64,000 nucleotides of DNA from Mobula birostris (Eukaryota): positions 51,314,477 through 51,378,476 of the forward strand of contig NC_092394.1 of assembly GCF_030028105.1 (NCBI RefSeq), written 5' to 3'. Shown in pieces: positions 1 to 14,436 of this stretch (positions are counted from its first letter, which is position 1; each line of letters opens with the position of its first letter). Below the pieces are notes generated by a model. The model saw only the letters and a list, made by a program, of their open reading frames with translations, made no database searches and was not told the origin of the DNA. Made by a program: the position numbers and the translations under genes.

Positions 1-2214
1 CTGACCAACAACCAGTATTCACCACTATACATTACAAATCCTTTGAAAAGATCACGTCATGTGTCAAGAACTGGTTTACAAGAAGTAGACAGCTCAAAGC
101 AAAATATGGCTAACCACCCCCACTTCAAACATAGAATAGTACAGCACCGAAACCTGTTCTTTGGCCCAATTTGACATCTTGAGGCCCAGTAACTCTCATT
201 CCTTTGCTGGTATCATCCCTCATTACCTCAGTAAGAAAGATCCTGATTAACCTGTTAGCTCACGTGGATTTTGTGAGGGAACACCTGTGTCTTCATTAAA
301 TCCAAATTACAACATACAATTAGGAGGGAGGAACCCTTGTGAGACAGAAAACGTACATTTATTTGAACAAAATCTATACAAAGTCCTTATTTTCAGTCAA
401 TCAGATGTCAAAAATTTAATGATTGACAAGACTGACTAAGAAGAGACCTTTTCAGATGAGTGCATGCACTCATTTACCTCTGGCCCTCTTGCCCATAGTA
501 CATCTGTTCCCAACTGAGGAATGTTCCTGGGTCAGTAAATTGATCTAAGGCATTGTCAGCGCAAGTAAACCGTACTTAATGTTGCAGTCTGCTTACCATT
601 GCACAAAGTTAGATTTCATTTACAGCAAAAGAAGCGGCCCTTGGCAGCATGCAACAAAGTCCAGGTGACACCTACGCACAGGCTGTCAAGCATTGCAGAA
701 GTGTCAAGTGATGTCCACCTCCACCAAGAGAGATGTTAATTACCTGTCCCTGACATTCTACCACCAACGGCATCCTGGGGTCACTATAGACTCAACTGGG
801 CCAGCCACATCAACAGCGCAACTGGTCCTTTGACCATTTAGATGGCGTGTCAGGGAGACTTGATTCTGCCCACTTGCCTGGATCAGTATATCTCCAATAT
901 TCAAGAAACTTTGACATTAGCCAGGACAGATCAGTCTTCTTGTCTAACACACCAGCACTTTCTTAAATAATCACCCTTTGCTACCTTGTGCCTAAAATTT
1001 ACAAGATACACTGCAGTTATTTGCCTCCTGCTGCTCCAACTGAAACCCAAGAGCTACAACATCAAGGAGGAGGGCAACAGTCCACCATCTGCAGGTTACC
1101 TTGCGAGTTGCATGTCATCCTGAAATACATTTCCTTCCTCATCGCTGGGTCCATATTCCAGAACCCTTGACCCAATGACACTCTCTACCCGGCCGACTTA
1201 AATAGCTCTCTGAGGTAGCTCAAGGGCAATTAGGGAAATATTGATGCCCATAATCCGAATCCGAACCATGAAAAATGGAAGGCTGTCTCAGGAGAAACAA
1301 CTCGGTTAATGTACACCTCACTATAAGCACGTAAATAAATTGGAAACCTCTCAGCTGAGGAGACTGGGATTATTCAGAGGGTTACGCAGGTTCATAAAGA
1401 CCTGCTGAGCATCTTTAGCAGTTTCTGTTTTTGTCCCAGTTTTGCAGCATGTGCAGGTTTGATTTTGATTTTCATTTCCTGTAACATCTTCCATTGATAT
1501 TTTTCCCCATGACCGCTGTTGATTTTAATACACTTCGACACCCATTATCTTTTCTATACAATGCAGAAAGTGCGGAGAGCCATGGGAATTTCTGCACACG
1601 GCAATATCCCACATTGATACTGAGCAAGGAGCTGTTTTAGAAAGTAAAGTATGTGGCTTCACAACCAGGTCGTGTACACTGTTCTGCAGTTGAAGTTGGT
1701 CATTTCAAGATAGGAAATACAGCCTATTATGTGCCTGAAAAAAATCTATCGACAGGAAAGATCTTTGAGGTGCTAAAAATAATGACTGAATTTTGTGCTG
1801 AGCAGCTAATATTTGAATCAGCTCCTTTGCTGGTTAGTTGCAGGGGAAATTCCACCCATTTACGGTGTTATTGGCTCCAACTTCCACAGCTACCTCAAAC
1901 CCTTTATTACAATGGTGCTGTCATTTCTGTTGAGGCTGTATCATAATAACATTTTTCCTTCTGCTAAAATGAGGTTTTAAGGGTGTTTCCAGTCCATAGA
2001 TCAATGCACAGACACTCCTAAGTAAGCATTTACTTACACCATTCAGCGCCTTCTCAGTTTTTTCAAAGCAAAAGGCACTTTCTTAAAAAATGTTAGTATG
2101 AGGATCAGAGTGGGAATGTGGAATCTGGAGAAGTTATACCATCAGAAAACATCAAAGGGTTTCACATCCTGACTGTCCAAACAGAGGGAGATTGAATGCT
2201 CGCTAGAACAGGTG

Positions 2215-2420
2215 ACGGGATGGTGCAGCAGGTAGTGCTACCTCAGTGCCAGAGTCCTGGGATCAATCCTGCAGATTCTCCCTGTGACTGTGTGCGTTTC
2301 CCCAAGCTGTTCCCATGTCTTCCCACTGCAAAGGCGTGCAGGCAGGTTACTGGGCCACTGCAAGCTCTCTCTTAGCCTGGGTATGAGGCAAAAGAATCAA
2401 AGAGGAGCTGATGGGCAATG
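2215..2420 (+). mobile_element. tRNA-derived SINE (V-SINE/HE1-like), degenerate
   Basis: Head tggtgcagcaggtag...gggatcaatcctg has A/B-box-like motifs, followed by a ctccctgtgactgtgtgcgtttcc core shared with other copies in the window. Confidence 0.6.
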
Positions 2421-2549
2421 TGAGAGAGCAAGTTGTCATTGCCACAGAGACATGAGGGGAAGGAGAATGAGCCTGATAAGCCACATGTGTGCCATAGTAA
2501 GTAAAGATAAAGACAGTGGACCTGATTTTAACAACATCCAATATGATTG

Positions 2550-5137
2550 ATGGAATTTATCACCTCATGTATTTTCCTACGTTAATTGTGCCTCTACATA
2601 AGAAGTATATTTTTCTGTAATTTTGGATTGTCCCAAAATCATAACAGTCGTTATTTAAATGCCAACTGTTTCCTTTGAACAAATTAAGCAGCATTTTGAA
2701 GCGAATGAAATAGACAATGAAAAGTGAATGCCAGTGTTGCTGAGTGCATTAGGTGAAAAGTTTGCTTAGAAGTTTAAACGCTTCAACCAAACCAGCCAAA
2801 ATTAGCTTTGCTGATATCATGACCACTTAGAATTAAAACCACTGCAGGCCACTTTAGGTTTCATCAGTGGGATCGAAACAAAGAGGAGACCATTTCAGGT
2901 TATGTGGCTGAATTGAAGAAATTTCTGAGCATTGTCAGTCCAGTGAGGGGCTTAATGATGAACTAAGAGATTGTTTAGTTTGTGGAGTCTTATCAGGAAA
3001 CATTCAAAAATGTCTCCCAAGTGAAGCACAACTCACATTAAAAGAGTAGTTGAAATAACTGTATCAATGGAAACAGCAGACAGAGATACAATAGCATTGC
3101 AGTCAGGATGAAAGTGAGCATGAACAAAATTGCAACATCTAAACAGAAACCTGCCTGACCAAACAAATTGTGTTACTGTTGTGATATACCAGACCAATGC
3201 ATGTTTAAAGGTGAAACTTGTCGAAAATGCAACAAAGAGCATGTCGGACAGACAAAAATAAATGGACTGCACAGAGCAGAGAGAAAGATAAAAAGTCAAG
3301 TTGCAGTTTCAAAAAGAGCACTAATTTGCATGCTGTTGATGAAAAATCTGATAATGATGGGAGTGACACAGGACTGAGTAGCCTTGAGATTTACAATGTG
3401 AAAACTAACAAGACAACAAGCATTATGGCTTATACCAGAAATGAATAGCAAATTAATTAAAATGGAATTAGACACTGGCTTGACTCATTCCGCAAAATGA
3501 GTTTGAATGTCACTTCACAGATGTTAAACTGAAGCTTGCCAATATCCAACTAAGAACTTACAGTGGAAAAAAGATAAATCCTGTGGGAGACATTTATACC
3601 AGTGAAATACAATGACCAGCAAGGCACATTGGGTTTGTATGTAGTTGAAACAGCAATTTGAGGGCATGAGAGGCTGAGACAACTACAACTTGATTAGAAA
3701 CCCATCCACCACTTGCATGCCACAGCCTCTGCAATAGAGTTAACCAAAAGAGAATCAAGAAAGGTACTGGATGATGCCACAGCGATGTTCAGGGATGGCA
3801 TTGGAAAACTCAACCATATCAAGGGTAAGCTTGTGTTAAATGAAAATGCCACACCCAAGTTTTACAAAACCCATCTGGTTCCTTATACCGTCCATAATAA
3901 AGTCACCAGTAAGCTAGATCACATGGAGGCCAAAGGAATTCTTTCCAAGATTGAGTAGAGCCCATGGGCAATGCCAGTGGTCCCAGTAGCCAAGAAGAAT
4001 GGGTCTGTCAGGATCTGAGGTGATATTAAGGTCACCATCAACCCAGTACGGAAAGTAGATCATACCCTCTGCCTGGAATAGAGGATATCTTTGCAAACTT
4101 TTCTGGAGTGAAACACTTCAGCAAAGTGGACTTAGCTGAGGCCTACCTGCAGATGGAGATGGAAGAAGAGTCCATAGTGTTTCTCACCATAGACGTGCAC
4201 AAAGGGCTTTATCACTATCATGGGTTTCTTTTTGGAGCGGCATCTGAACCTGCACTCTGGCAGGAAGCTAAGGACCAAGTGCTACAAGACTGCCCCGGCA
4301 CTCAGTGTTACCTGGATGGCATCATTGTTACCGATCAGGATGACTTGCAACATCTCCAAAGTTCAGGACAGTATTAAAAGATTGTAAGATAGTGGGCTCA
4401 GAGCACGGCACAACTAGACTGAATTCTTTAAAACAAACATCACCTAGAGTGGTCACACTATTGATGCACAAGGATTACACAAAAGTGCCGAGAAAATTCA
4501 AAGAATGGTGGACGCCCAAGGCCAAAGGGAGTTGTTGTTCTTTTTAGGATTTGTCAATTATTTTTAACAGGTTCCTGCCAAACCTGACTACTGTGCTCCA
4601 CCACTTGAACTCATTACTATGGGTCGGGAAGAAATGGCAATGGACAAAGCGGAGTGAAATGGCTTTCCAAAAGGTAAAAGAAATGGTGATGTCAGCCACT
4701 GTACTCTTACACTATGAACCCCATCGTCCAGTGAAGCTTGCCTGTGACGCCTCAGCTTACGGGACAGGGGCTGTCCTGCCACATGTTATCAGTGATTAAA
4801 GTGAATGCTCCACAACCTTTGTATCGCGTCCCGTTGCAACCTTTGCTTTTGCAATGATTTGTACGAGTATAAAAGCAGCTGCGCTCTTTGTATTATTTGA
4901 AGTTCGAATCCCACTGTTAGCAGTTCCACTCCTCATGATATCGTGAATAGAGCTGTTCTTTCTTCAAACTCTGTGTCTAACTTTATTTGTGATCAACTTT
5001 AATCAAGTTTCCTTAGCAAATTAATTTCCCGGACACCACCATATCATATGTGAGCACCACGTGTAAAGAAAACCTAAGTACACATGTATCCTACTGCTTT
5101 TCCTTTCGATTAGTTTCTGAAATTATAAAACACAACA
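2550..5137 (+). mobile_element. Decayed Ty3/Gypsy LTR retrotransposon (gag-PR-RT-RNase H; integrase absent)
   Basis: Protease MELDTG at ~3462; RT motifs PVVPVAKKNGSVRI, FSKVDLAEAYLQ and CYLDGIIV; RNase H LACDASAYGTGAVL. Many stops and frameshifts. LTR boundaries are uncertain. Confidence 0.88.
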
Positions 5138-7350
5138 AAGGCACTTACTCTAAAACCATAAACTGAAATAAAAGAGACGGGAATGTTTAAAGTGCCGTTG
5201 GACAGAGGCTGCATACACTTCCTATGGGGATGTACAGGGAAATGTTGGTCTTGCTCTTTTTCCAGAAGAGTGGGAAAATACAGGGAAGCGGGAAGCACCA
5301 GAGGTTGCACCTGGAAGGTCAGAGCTGGACTCTGCCTGTTCTAGCGGAGGAGAGCAGCAAGGCTCTGCGGCTGATCAGCACTGACGTAACATTGTCCAAC
5401 AGTGCTAGTTGGACAATGTGGAAACAGAGACTTAAAATATTGACAGATCTAATACCTCTCGAGGGTCTGAGCACAATGCCACACCTCTCTACCACCGGGA
5501 CATCTATTAGTAGAAGATGATTCACAGGAATTTACCCACAGTTTGGGATCAGATAGAGTCCATTCAGTCAGTTTACTCCTGCAATGGTTCACCTATTCAT
5601 TCGCACACCCAGACTTTGACATCAGCTTTTAAAATTATGAATAATTTAAAGAATTCAAGGAATTGTTTCTCACAGAGCAGGTGAGCTCTCCCTAAACTCC
5701 TGGCCAAAATCAATCAATGAACCTATAACACTGAATCCCACTGACATTGGCAGGATGCCCTGAGGTACTTCATAGCCAATTACATACTTTAAGAGCTGTC
5801 ATTGTGTAATGGAAAGGAGCATGGCAGGCAGTACGTACATAACCATGTCCCTAAAAGAGCCACGAGATACTCAATCCAATCACGTTTCAGCAGATGCTGT
5901 AGGAAAAACATTGCCGGGATAAGGAGAAATCCCCAGCTCTTCTCGGAACAAAGCATTGAAACCTGGGCCCCGACCTTGTGCTTGACTTCCTCCAGTCATG
6001 CCCAGAGCTATAACCTTCCAATTCAGCTGGGACAGGATCTCTCACTGAGGTGACAGTGTATGAATGCACGGCTGCCACATTTTGTCCCACATTTGTCATA
6101 AACATCAAGAAACTATGTACCTAATCTGCATAATTTATTCAAGTGTAAGGACCCATCAATTCGAGGGGGGAGGGGGGAGGGGGGGAGAGGGGGGAAAAGG
6201 AGGGAGAGGCTCTTTGGTTCAACTCATCCACGCTGACCACGCAGCCCACCGAGCTAGTCCCATTTGCCTGTGTTTGGCTGATATCCTTTGGTTAACAGAA
6301 GGGGTCCAAGGCATTAAAAAGATTTGGAACTTCTGTTCGAGACTTTCCTAATCATGAACTTACCCAAGTATCTTTTCGAGAGAGGGAGAGAGAGAAAATA
6401 TATAATTTCATTCCCAACTGTGTCAGTCTTGACAAAAGCTCATCAACCTGTGATATTTTTTTTTCTCTCCACAGATGCTGCCAAATCTGTGAATTATTTC
6501 CAGCATTTTCTGCTTTGCACAGATTTCCAGCAGCTGATTGGTGGGCCATCCCCTCGTCACCTCGAGCAGGAGGGGGCTCGGTCGCTCCTGAGACATTGAG
6601 TCCCTCTTGATGCTACAGACATAGTGCTGCACTGCCTCCTCAGGTGAATATGATACTCCCTGACTGGGCGGATCCTGACTGACCTCTCCATAGGTTTCTG
6701 CAGGGAATGAGATAATGAACCAATCCTACAAATAATTTCCCCAGGGATGGCAACAAGAGCAGGAAGAAATGGCAAGCTGTCATATGACGAGAACAGGGAT
6801 GCAATATAACGTCTTGACAGTTTGGAAAAGGTGAAAGGGTCAGGTGTGCTGATTTCTGATTAAGGCTGCTGAGGCTTTATTCCATGTCTTGCCCCTGCTG
6901 TCAACGCACTGACAAATCACCACACTACAGGGTGACCAAAATAGAAGTGTTTAATTCCTCACCTTGATATCGTCTAAAAATTCAACCTCAAAAATACATG
7001 AAACAATCTGACAGTAACACGCTGTAAAAAATAAAGATCTTTGCACCCTCTGCATTTACACATTACTGCTATTTTTAATGCTTGTCAGATTGAATAAAAG
7101 GGAGAAAAATATTAGCAATGTTTGTTGGGAGACAAGTTAACTGAGTAGCCGTAAATCAGGAGTGATTTTAAAATTATCCATTTGCACTTTAGAGGTAGAG
7201 CAAACTGTAAATGCATGTCAAAACATCCGGCCTACCCAAGTCACTACCATCTCACATGCATTCCACACCATAAACAGCTAAGATGCTAATAATACAAAGG
7301 ATTTGAATGGTCTTTCTTTCTTGGGAAGATTGTGTTGACATTGGAGCGAT

Positions 7351-7535
7351 ACACATAAAATGTTGGAGGAATTCAGCAGGCCAGGCAGCATCGAGGAAAA
7401 GAGTAAACAGTTGACGTTTCGGCCTGAAACATCGACTGTACTCTTTTCCATAGATGCTGCCTGACCTGCTGAGTTCCTCTAGCGTTTTGTGTGTGTTGCT
7501 TGGATTTCCAGCATCCGCAGATTTTATCTTGCTTG
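7351..7535. repeat. Palindromic (head-to-head) Penelope terminal fragment
   Basis: Two ~70-bp arms, acacataaaatgttggagg...gacgtttc and gaaacatcgac...ttttgtgtgt, are reverse complements around ggcct. Confidence 0.75.
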
Positions 7536-9129
7536 TGCTGACGTTGACCTTAAAGTGGGATCAAATATTAGTAATAGGAGCAGGTTGTAACAACAGTCAA
7601 CGAATGTGAACTTGAAGCAGATCCAGACAGTTGGAGTTGTCGGTAGAAGTGACCATGGAGATTGATTTGGTCCAGTAGGACCCTTTCTGGAAGGCAGCTT
7701 GCCGTCCTAACCTGTTCTGGATCATGAGTTCAATCTCACACCAATGGGATTATTCCGATCTATCCAACTACACCATTCACCTGTCCAAGGAGAGGCTGCA
7801 CTCCCATCATCTCAAAGCTCCTGAGCAAGACAATCCATGCAGATGTGATGGGGGGGTGGGGAATGAGTGTTCCCAATTACGTTGTCTGCTGCACTCTGGT
7901 TAAACTTTCATTGACCCTGTTAGAGTTACTATTCTATAGATTTATTGAGTATGCCAGCAGGTAAATGAATCTCAGGGTTGTATATGCTGACATATCTGTA
8001 CTTTGAACTTTGCTAGCCCCTTATGGATATATGACTATTTGTGTTCATATAAGCAAAGTATTAGCTGTGTTTTTGGAGTATATAAGGAATATTTTTTTGG
8101 TTTCCTGTGATTCACGTTGAACCTTGTGTCAGACTGGAAATGCACAGAATGGATCCCATCAGCCAAGATACATGCTGTAGCTCCCATTACACACACCAGA
8201 TGGATCACACACTCACTGGCCATAGAGAGTTAAAGCATGGAACTACGCTTTTCTACCACCAAGTCCGTGCAGACTATGAAAATCTATTTACACGAATCCT
8301 ATCGCACATGTTGAACCTTTTTGCCTTCATCCCCTTCCTCGACTTCCCCTCAAGGCTAAACCTTCTAATACAGTCCAATGGGCCAGAGACTTTGAACAGA
8401 CTTAGGTGAAACACTGTGAACAAGATATGGTGTTCTTGTGCCCACACACTAAAATGTAATTGTTACTCGGAAGAAAGACATCAATAAATATTGTGAGTAT
8501 TTAGCAATTAAATGGTTAAAGCGCTTTGAGAAAAACAGTCGGCAACCGTTCAAGGTGACTAGCTCGAGAAGTAGAAGATCTCATTTATCCTTCAACAAAT
8601 ATCTCCAGTTTGGATCATTAAAATTAGCTCAAAATTATAATTACCTGATGTTCCCATTCTCAAATCTGGAAGAGCATGGTTGGAGGTGAAGGACAAACGA
8701 TGCCCTGGCCCTCCATGGTCACTGCCTCACAGCAAGAAAGAGAGAGAGAGCAATTCAGAAAAAGAATTATTAAGTCTGGCAGTCTCAGAGTCCCAGAAGT
8801 TCAAACTATGTGTCTGCCCTCAACACCATGAAGTGAAAAGGAAAGAAAGCGGAAAATGCAGCAGAAAATATTGGAAAGAGATTAGCTGGCACATGGGGAT
8901 TTACAGCCTTTCTGAATCTGGGACTTGGGAGAAACCAAACCCAATCTACTGGAAATAAACATTTATAAATAGAGTAGATGAATAAATTCCGACATGCTGA
9001 GGAAAGTATAACAACTGAGTTTGAATCCATGATTACCAAAGCTCTTCAACACTGGCACTTCCTCACCTTTGGTCTCCAATAGTCTATTGACTTGAGATTG
9101 CAATGATTATCATCCAATTTTATGAGTCA

Positions 9130-9480
9130 GATTCAGAATCAGGTCTAACATCATTGGAATATGTCGTGAAATTTGCTAACTTTGCAGCACTGGTACAATG
9201 CAAACCATGACAAATATAGAAAAATACTGAATTATAGTAATTATATATGTATCTTAAACAGCTAACAAAATAAGCAGTGCAAAACCAGAAATTTTAAAAA
9301 AGTACTGAGGTAATGTTCATGGGTTCAATGCCTGTCCATTTAGAAATCAGATGGCAGAGCAGAAGAAGCTGTTCCTGAATTACTAAGTGTGTGTCTTCAA
9401 GCTTCAGTACCTCTTTCCTGATGGTAAAACTGAGAAGAGGACATGTCCTCGGTGGCGGGGATGGATGGCGCCCTCCTGAG
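9130..9480 (-). mobile_element. Rex1-like LINE 3' end fragment
   Basis: Has a tcagattcagaatcagg tail and the aagaagctgttcctga motif (reverse complement of FRNSFF). Same family as 51600-51845. Confidence 0.6.
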
Positions 9481-10724
9481 TCACATTGTACTAAGATGGT
9501 TGAAAGTTGTACCAAGATGTTTGAAGAACTGTGATCATTTGTTTTGTCCAGCCATTCATCCTCTTTGAAATCCACTCTTCAATGGGTCTCAGCCCACAAC
9601 TTGGACAAGCTCACTGAAGCTGATTCAAGAATGCATTGCGAGCTTCACAGTGGGATCACATGCTTGGTTGCTGGTATCACAGCACAATAAACTCTGCTGA
9701 TATTGGGCTGTATCTAGGGAGCTTTACTGTGAAGTACGTACCTCTGGCAGCAGAGTTTTAGGACTTCGTTATGTGCAGCCCAAATGCAAATTGCAACTGT
9801 GATGAGTTTTCAAACATGATGTAATTGACTGTAATATATTTGGGGATGTCCTGGATTACCAACAGAGATTACATGTCATTGAATCTACAGCAGTTGAGAT
9901 GTCCAAAAACACTTTGTCCTCTCTGATTTTTTCTTTTCTCAGTTAATTTTTTTAACCTTGAGCAACAATTCCATTTTTTCCTCGGTAATAACCAGTTTTG
10001 TCAAATGTCCATGAAACAAAATGAGTCCAAAGCCCACAATCATGATGTGTGCCTGGGGTGTAGGAACACTTGTGATTATTTGGCCTTCTCACAGTTACAG
10101 TGTAAACTCACTCACTGCTGTCACAGTCCAGTTTACACCCAGAACCTAACATTGTAGCAAAGCCAGTTCAGTATGAACACCTCTGCTTGAACTGTTTTTT
10201 GCCATAATTGATTATCTACCCAAACTTCTGGTATTATTAATTGATTCGCATTGACTCATGGGTCAGTGAATGTACTTAGTGCAATCAGTATTACTTGACT
10301 AGTGATTTTCATCATTTCCCTCTGGTACTGGGCTTTCCCCACAAGATAATCTGAATTATTTTGCCTTAAATGTTTCTCCAAGGCCAGTCCTCACTCAGCA
10401 ATCCCATTGTGGGCATTTTCCAGGAGGTTTTCAGAAGTGTTTGGCTGATTCCTCTCAGGATTAGCTGCCCAATTGCCCCTCTGGATTCCACCAATTAATT
10501 CAGCAGAAATTAAACATCAAATCTGGCCCTTGCTTGGTTTGCAGTCTGCCCCCACTGGGCTGTGAACTTAATCAACAGACTTAGAGTGAGTGAATTAAAA
10601 TCACAGCAAGTAGCTTTGAACAAAACAAAATGTGTCTAAAACCTCGGGTATGCTAATGACATTGAATCTGCTGCCTCAGAAAAGAAACAATCACAGAACA
10701 ACAAACCATGTACTGTGAGATCTA

Positions 10725-10789
10725 CAGGACTGTGCAAAAGTCTTAGGCTCATATATATAGCTGAGGTCCAAGACTTTTGCACAGTACTG
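10725..10789. mobile_element. Tc1/mariner-like miniature inverted-repeat element
   Basis: Reads TA-caggactgtgcaaaagtctt...aagacttttgcacagtactg-TA. A related degenerate copy lies at 11181-11234. Confidence 0.65.
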
Positions 10790-12040
10790 TACTTGTCAGC
10801 GTGGAGCAGAGTGCAAATTTGTAAATCTGGCAGGAGCAAAGGGTGTTGGGAACAGGGAGGGTGAAGTATCATGGGTGGAGTGTGGGTCAGGTAGCAGAAG
10901 AGTGCCAGGGGCATGGAGGGGCTGGCGCAGGTGCGGACACACCCAGCCCTGAGACACCAGGCAAGGTCATTGGATTCCAAACAACTGGTTTATTGATCAT
11001 TACAGAATGTCTCTCTGGTGCTTCCCCTTCCCCTTTTCCCCAACCATGATTCCCCTCTCCCTGCCCTCTTCCCACTCTCAGTCCACAATAGAGACCCAGA
11101 TCAGAATCAAGGTTTATCATCACTCACATATGCCGTGATTTTTTTTTGCAACAGAAACGTGCAATTGCATAAAACTACCACAGTTCTGTGCTAAAGTCTT
11201 AAGCACCCTAGCTATATGTATGTGCACAGTATTGTACATCACTTTTTAATATGCTTATTAACATTCACACTGAAACACTAAACAGATATATACATAGAAC
11301 CATGGGCACAGAGACACAGATATGAACATGTAGACACACACACTCACACAGTCCCTGCCTTCAATGGCATTCTTCACAGGACAATGAATTATAGCCGTGC
11401 ATTGAGTGCAGTTGGTCTGGTCTTGGACCTGACAAGTTGGGCTCAGCGTGCACTTTATAATCGTTGTGAGTTCAATTTCCCTAGCTGAGAAAACCTGTTT
11501 CTTCACCCTCGCTCATATAGATTACAACCTGACTTCAGATCAAAGTGACTTCCCAAAATTAACATTGGAGAGGTTGCATTTCTGGAATATGGAGTTGCAT
11601 CCTCCCTACTAAAGTGGCAGGAAACTGCTAGCTCATTGTCACCATTTCTTGGATCACCTGTCACTTTAATTCTCCACTTTTCTCTCACTCTGCCACTGGT
11701 ATCTTATATTGTTCCAACAAAGCCCAATAAACCAATGAGAAACACGAACTTGCCTCCTGACTAGGCTTGTGACAGCTTTCAGAGATTAACACTGAATTCA
11801 AATATTTCAGATAACCAGCCTTTCCAGTTTGTGTCAGAACTGGCCAGTCATAATGATAGCTCATCTTAGTCTTTACTTCGAACTACCTTTATAAACTTAC
11901 TTATGGAATGATCTGTCTGGATGGCATGAAAACACAAGGTCTCAGTTCATGTGGCATGATAGACCAATTACCATGTTAAGTATGTTTATCTCTTTACACA
12001 GACACAGCCTGCTCTGCTGGCTATCTCCCCACTTCCCGCT

Positions 12041-12077
12041 CAGTCCTGAAGAAGGGCCTCAGCCCGAAAAGTCGACC
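12041..12077 (+). ncRNA. Minimal hammerhead-ribozyme-like motif in a Penelope end fragment (12015-12180)
   Basis: cagtc CTGAAGA agggcctcagccc GAAA a GTC gaccg: both core boxes, helix II and helix I (cagtc/gaccg, one mismatch). Confidence 0.6.
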
Positions 12078-12746
12078 GCTCACTCTTTTTCACAGATGCT
12101 GCCTGACCTGCTGAGTACTTCCAGCATTTTGTGTGTGCTGTTTTGGGTTCCCAGCATCTGTAGACTTTCTCATGTTTGGGTATTTCCAACACTCCATTGC
12201 AGGTTTCCAGCAAATGTTTGTATCTTACAGTTCCAGCAACTCTATTTCTTCTTTCTCTTAACCATCGTAAACACTCACTACTACCACCAGCAGCACACAG
12301 CAGCCACCGCCTGTACCATCCAAACAATGTACTGCAATTCCCCACCGGATAAACCCAAACCTGCGACCCTAACTAGGAAGAAGGTCAAGGTCAACAGGTA
12401 TGTGTAAAGACCACTACTGCAGATGCCCTTTCAATCCATGTACCATTCTACCCGGAAATAATCCTTCTGTGTTGATAGCTACAAGTCCAAGAAGCCCCCA
12501 TCTCACTCCAGGGGGAGCACCTTCGTCAGAAGGAAACAGATGCTCAAATGGACTATGAGGAATGAGTGTCAGCCTTGCCTTATGTAGATTAATTCATTAA
12601 ATAGAATTTTACAGAATTACTCCACTCACTATTCATTTAATTGACCCGGTTCCTAAAAAGTACTCCAAAGTTAGGAACTATTCAATCGTTCTACACCCTA
12701 CCAATTAATCCAACTGCGACATATATACTTAGCCCACTCCCTGGCC

Positions 12747-12924
12747 ATGAAACATACAATTACCCCAACTATGAACAATATAATAATTCCACTCCCTGAC
12801 TGGGAAATATACAATTACTTACCTTTATAATGTACATGTATTATAAAGGTAAGTAATTGTATATTTCCCAGTCAGGGAGTGGAATTATTATATAGTTCAT
12901 AGTTGGGGTAATTGTATATTTCAT
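12747..12924. repeat. Near-perfect ~85-bp inverted repeat with 8-nt loop
   Basis: Arms 12747-12831 and 12840-12924 are reverse complements with 2 mismatches. The loop is gtacatgt. Confidence 0.92.
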
Positions 12925-14436
12925 TGGCATATGTCAAATGGATGATCAACACCAACATTCACTAGTTCCTCTACACGAGGATAACACTGATTTTGTTTTT
13001 TGACCTGATAGCCAATTCAGTTATTAAAAGGGCAATTTAATGAGGCATTTCTTTTGTGGCTTTACATATGTAGCAGTTTCTACATTCCTACTGCAAGCCA
13101 ATTATGCATGTGTCAGAGGCAAGTACCTTTCACAAGGTGCTCATCTGGAATATTTCCAAACCAGCGATTGAAAGAGTGACAATGCATCCCACAGAAAGAT
13201 GACCAAAAGCTTCATTGAAGAGGTGGCCTTCAAGAGGGATCTTAAATAAATGAGCCTGGAATTCTAGACCTCATGCAGCTGAGAGCACATTGCCACTGGC
13301 AGAGAGCTTGGATTTCAAGGACTGTACAACTGAGGAAAGGATACAGTATGAGGAGATGTTCCAGAGATGTTGGAGGGCAGGGGATAATGTGTGGAGGATG
13401 GGAAAGACCACAACCAGTCTCAAAAGCCACGATGAGGTTTTAAGAGCAAAGCATTGGAGAAGGCACCAGTGTGGCTCTATAAGCAGAGGTGGAGCAGAAG
13501 TAGGGAATTTAATTGGGTCATTGGTTCATTATTATCACTTGCCGAGAACAATGAAAAACGTAGCATTCATATGGATCATTTCATTACAACATTGCATTGA
13601 GAAGAATAAGGAAAAACAATAACGCAATGGTGCAGACAGACGGAAAGGTGCAAAACCATAACGACGCAGATTGTGAGGTTAAGAGAGAGACACCATGAGT
13701 TAGATACAGTATGATAGCGCAGCTTTGGCTAGCATTAATTGTGAGCTTCATTAGGATTCAAGTTCAGCAGCCTCACCTGCTGAGAATTCCCAGGGTTTTC
13801 CATTTAAATTTCAGATTTCTCAGCATTACTGAGATTTTGTTTATACAATGGACATGTGATGAAAGAATAGCTCTCTCCCAACTGTATGGACAATGTGTAT
13901 GGTCTGCTCAGGGGCAGGCAATTGTCTGATTCAGGAATGGTGGCTAAAGACGGCAACTTTCTGAGTTGTTGGATGTATTACCTTACTTAATATGAAATAC
14001 TGACAAAACAGTGCAACGTATTGGAGGGAATAATCTGCATATGATCCAGAGAAACAACTGGAAGACAGAGCTGAGCATCTTCCCCTGTAACCATTCAAAT
14101 CAGCTTTCTTACTATGAACATATGAATCAACACAGTTGCAGCACCATTAAGCATTTAGTGCTAATCTGTACCTAGCAAGCATTAACGAACAATGTATGTA
14201 TTAGTGTTAAAACAGCAACCCCAGTAAAGGCAATATTTAGATCTTGCTGGAACTGTTCAAGTCACGTTATAAACTATCAAAAAAACTGCAGATGCTGAAA
14301 ATCTGAGATAAAAACAGACAATGCAGAAAACACTCAGCAGGTGTGGTAATATCTGTAGAAAGAGAATTAAAGTTAACTGAAACCCAAAACAGACATTACT
14401 TGATCTGCTGAGAATTTCCAGAATTTCCTGCTTGTA

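Noticed and set aside
4830-5137. Defined paired LTRs for the Gypsy relic
   Set aside because: There are LTR-like hints (tataaaag, a terminal aaca), but no convincing direct repeat, primer-binding site or TSD pairing with the 5' side.
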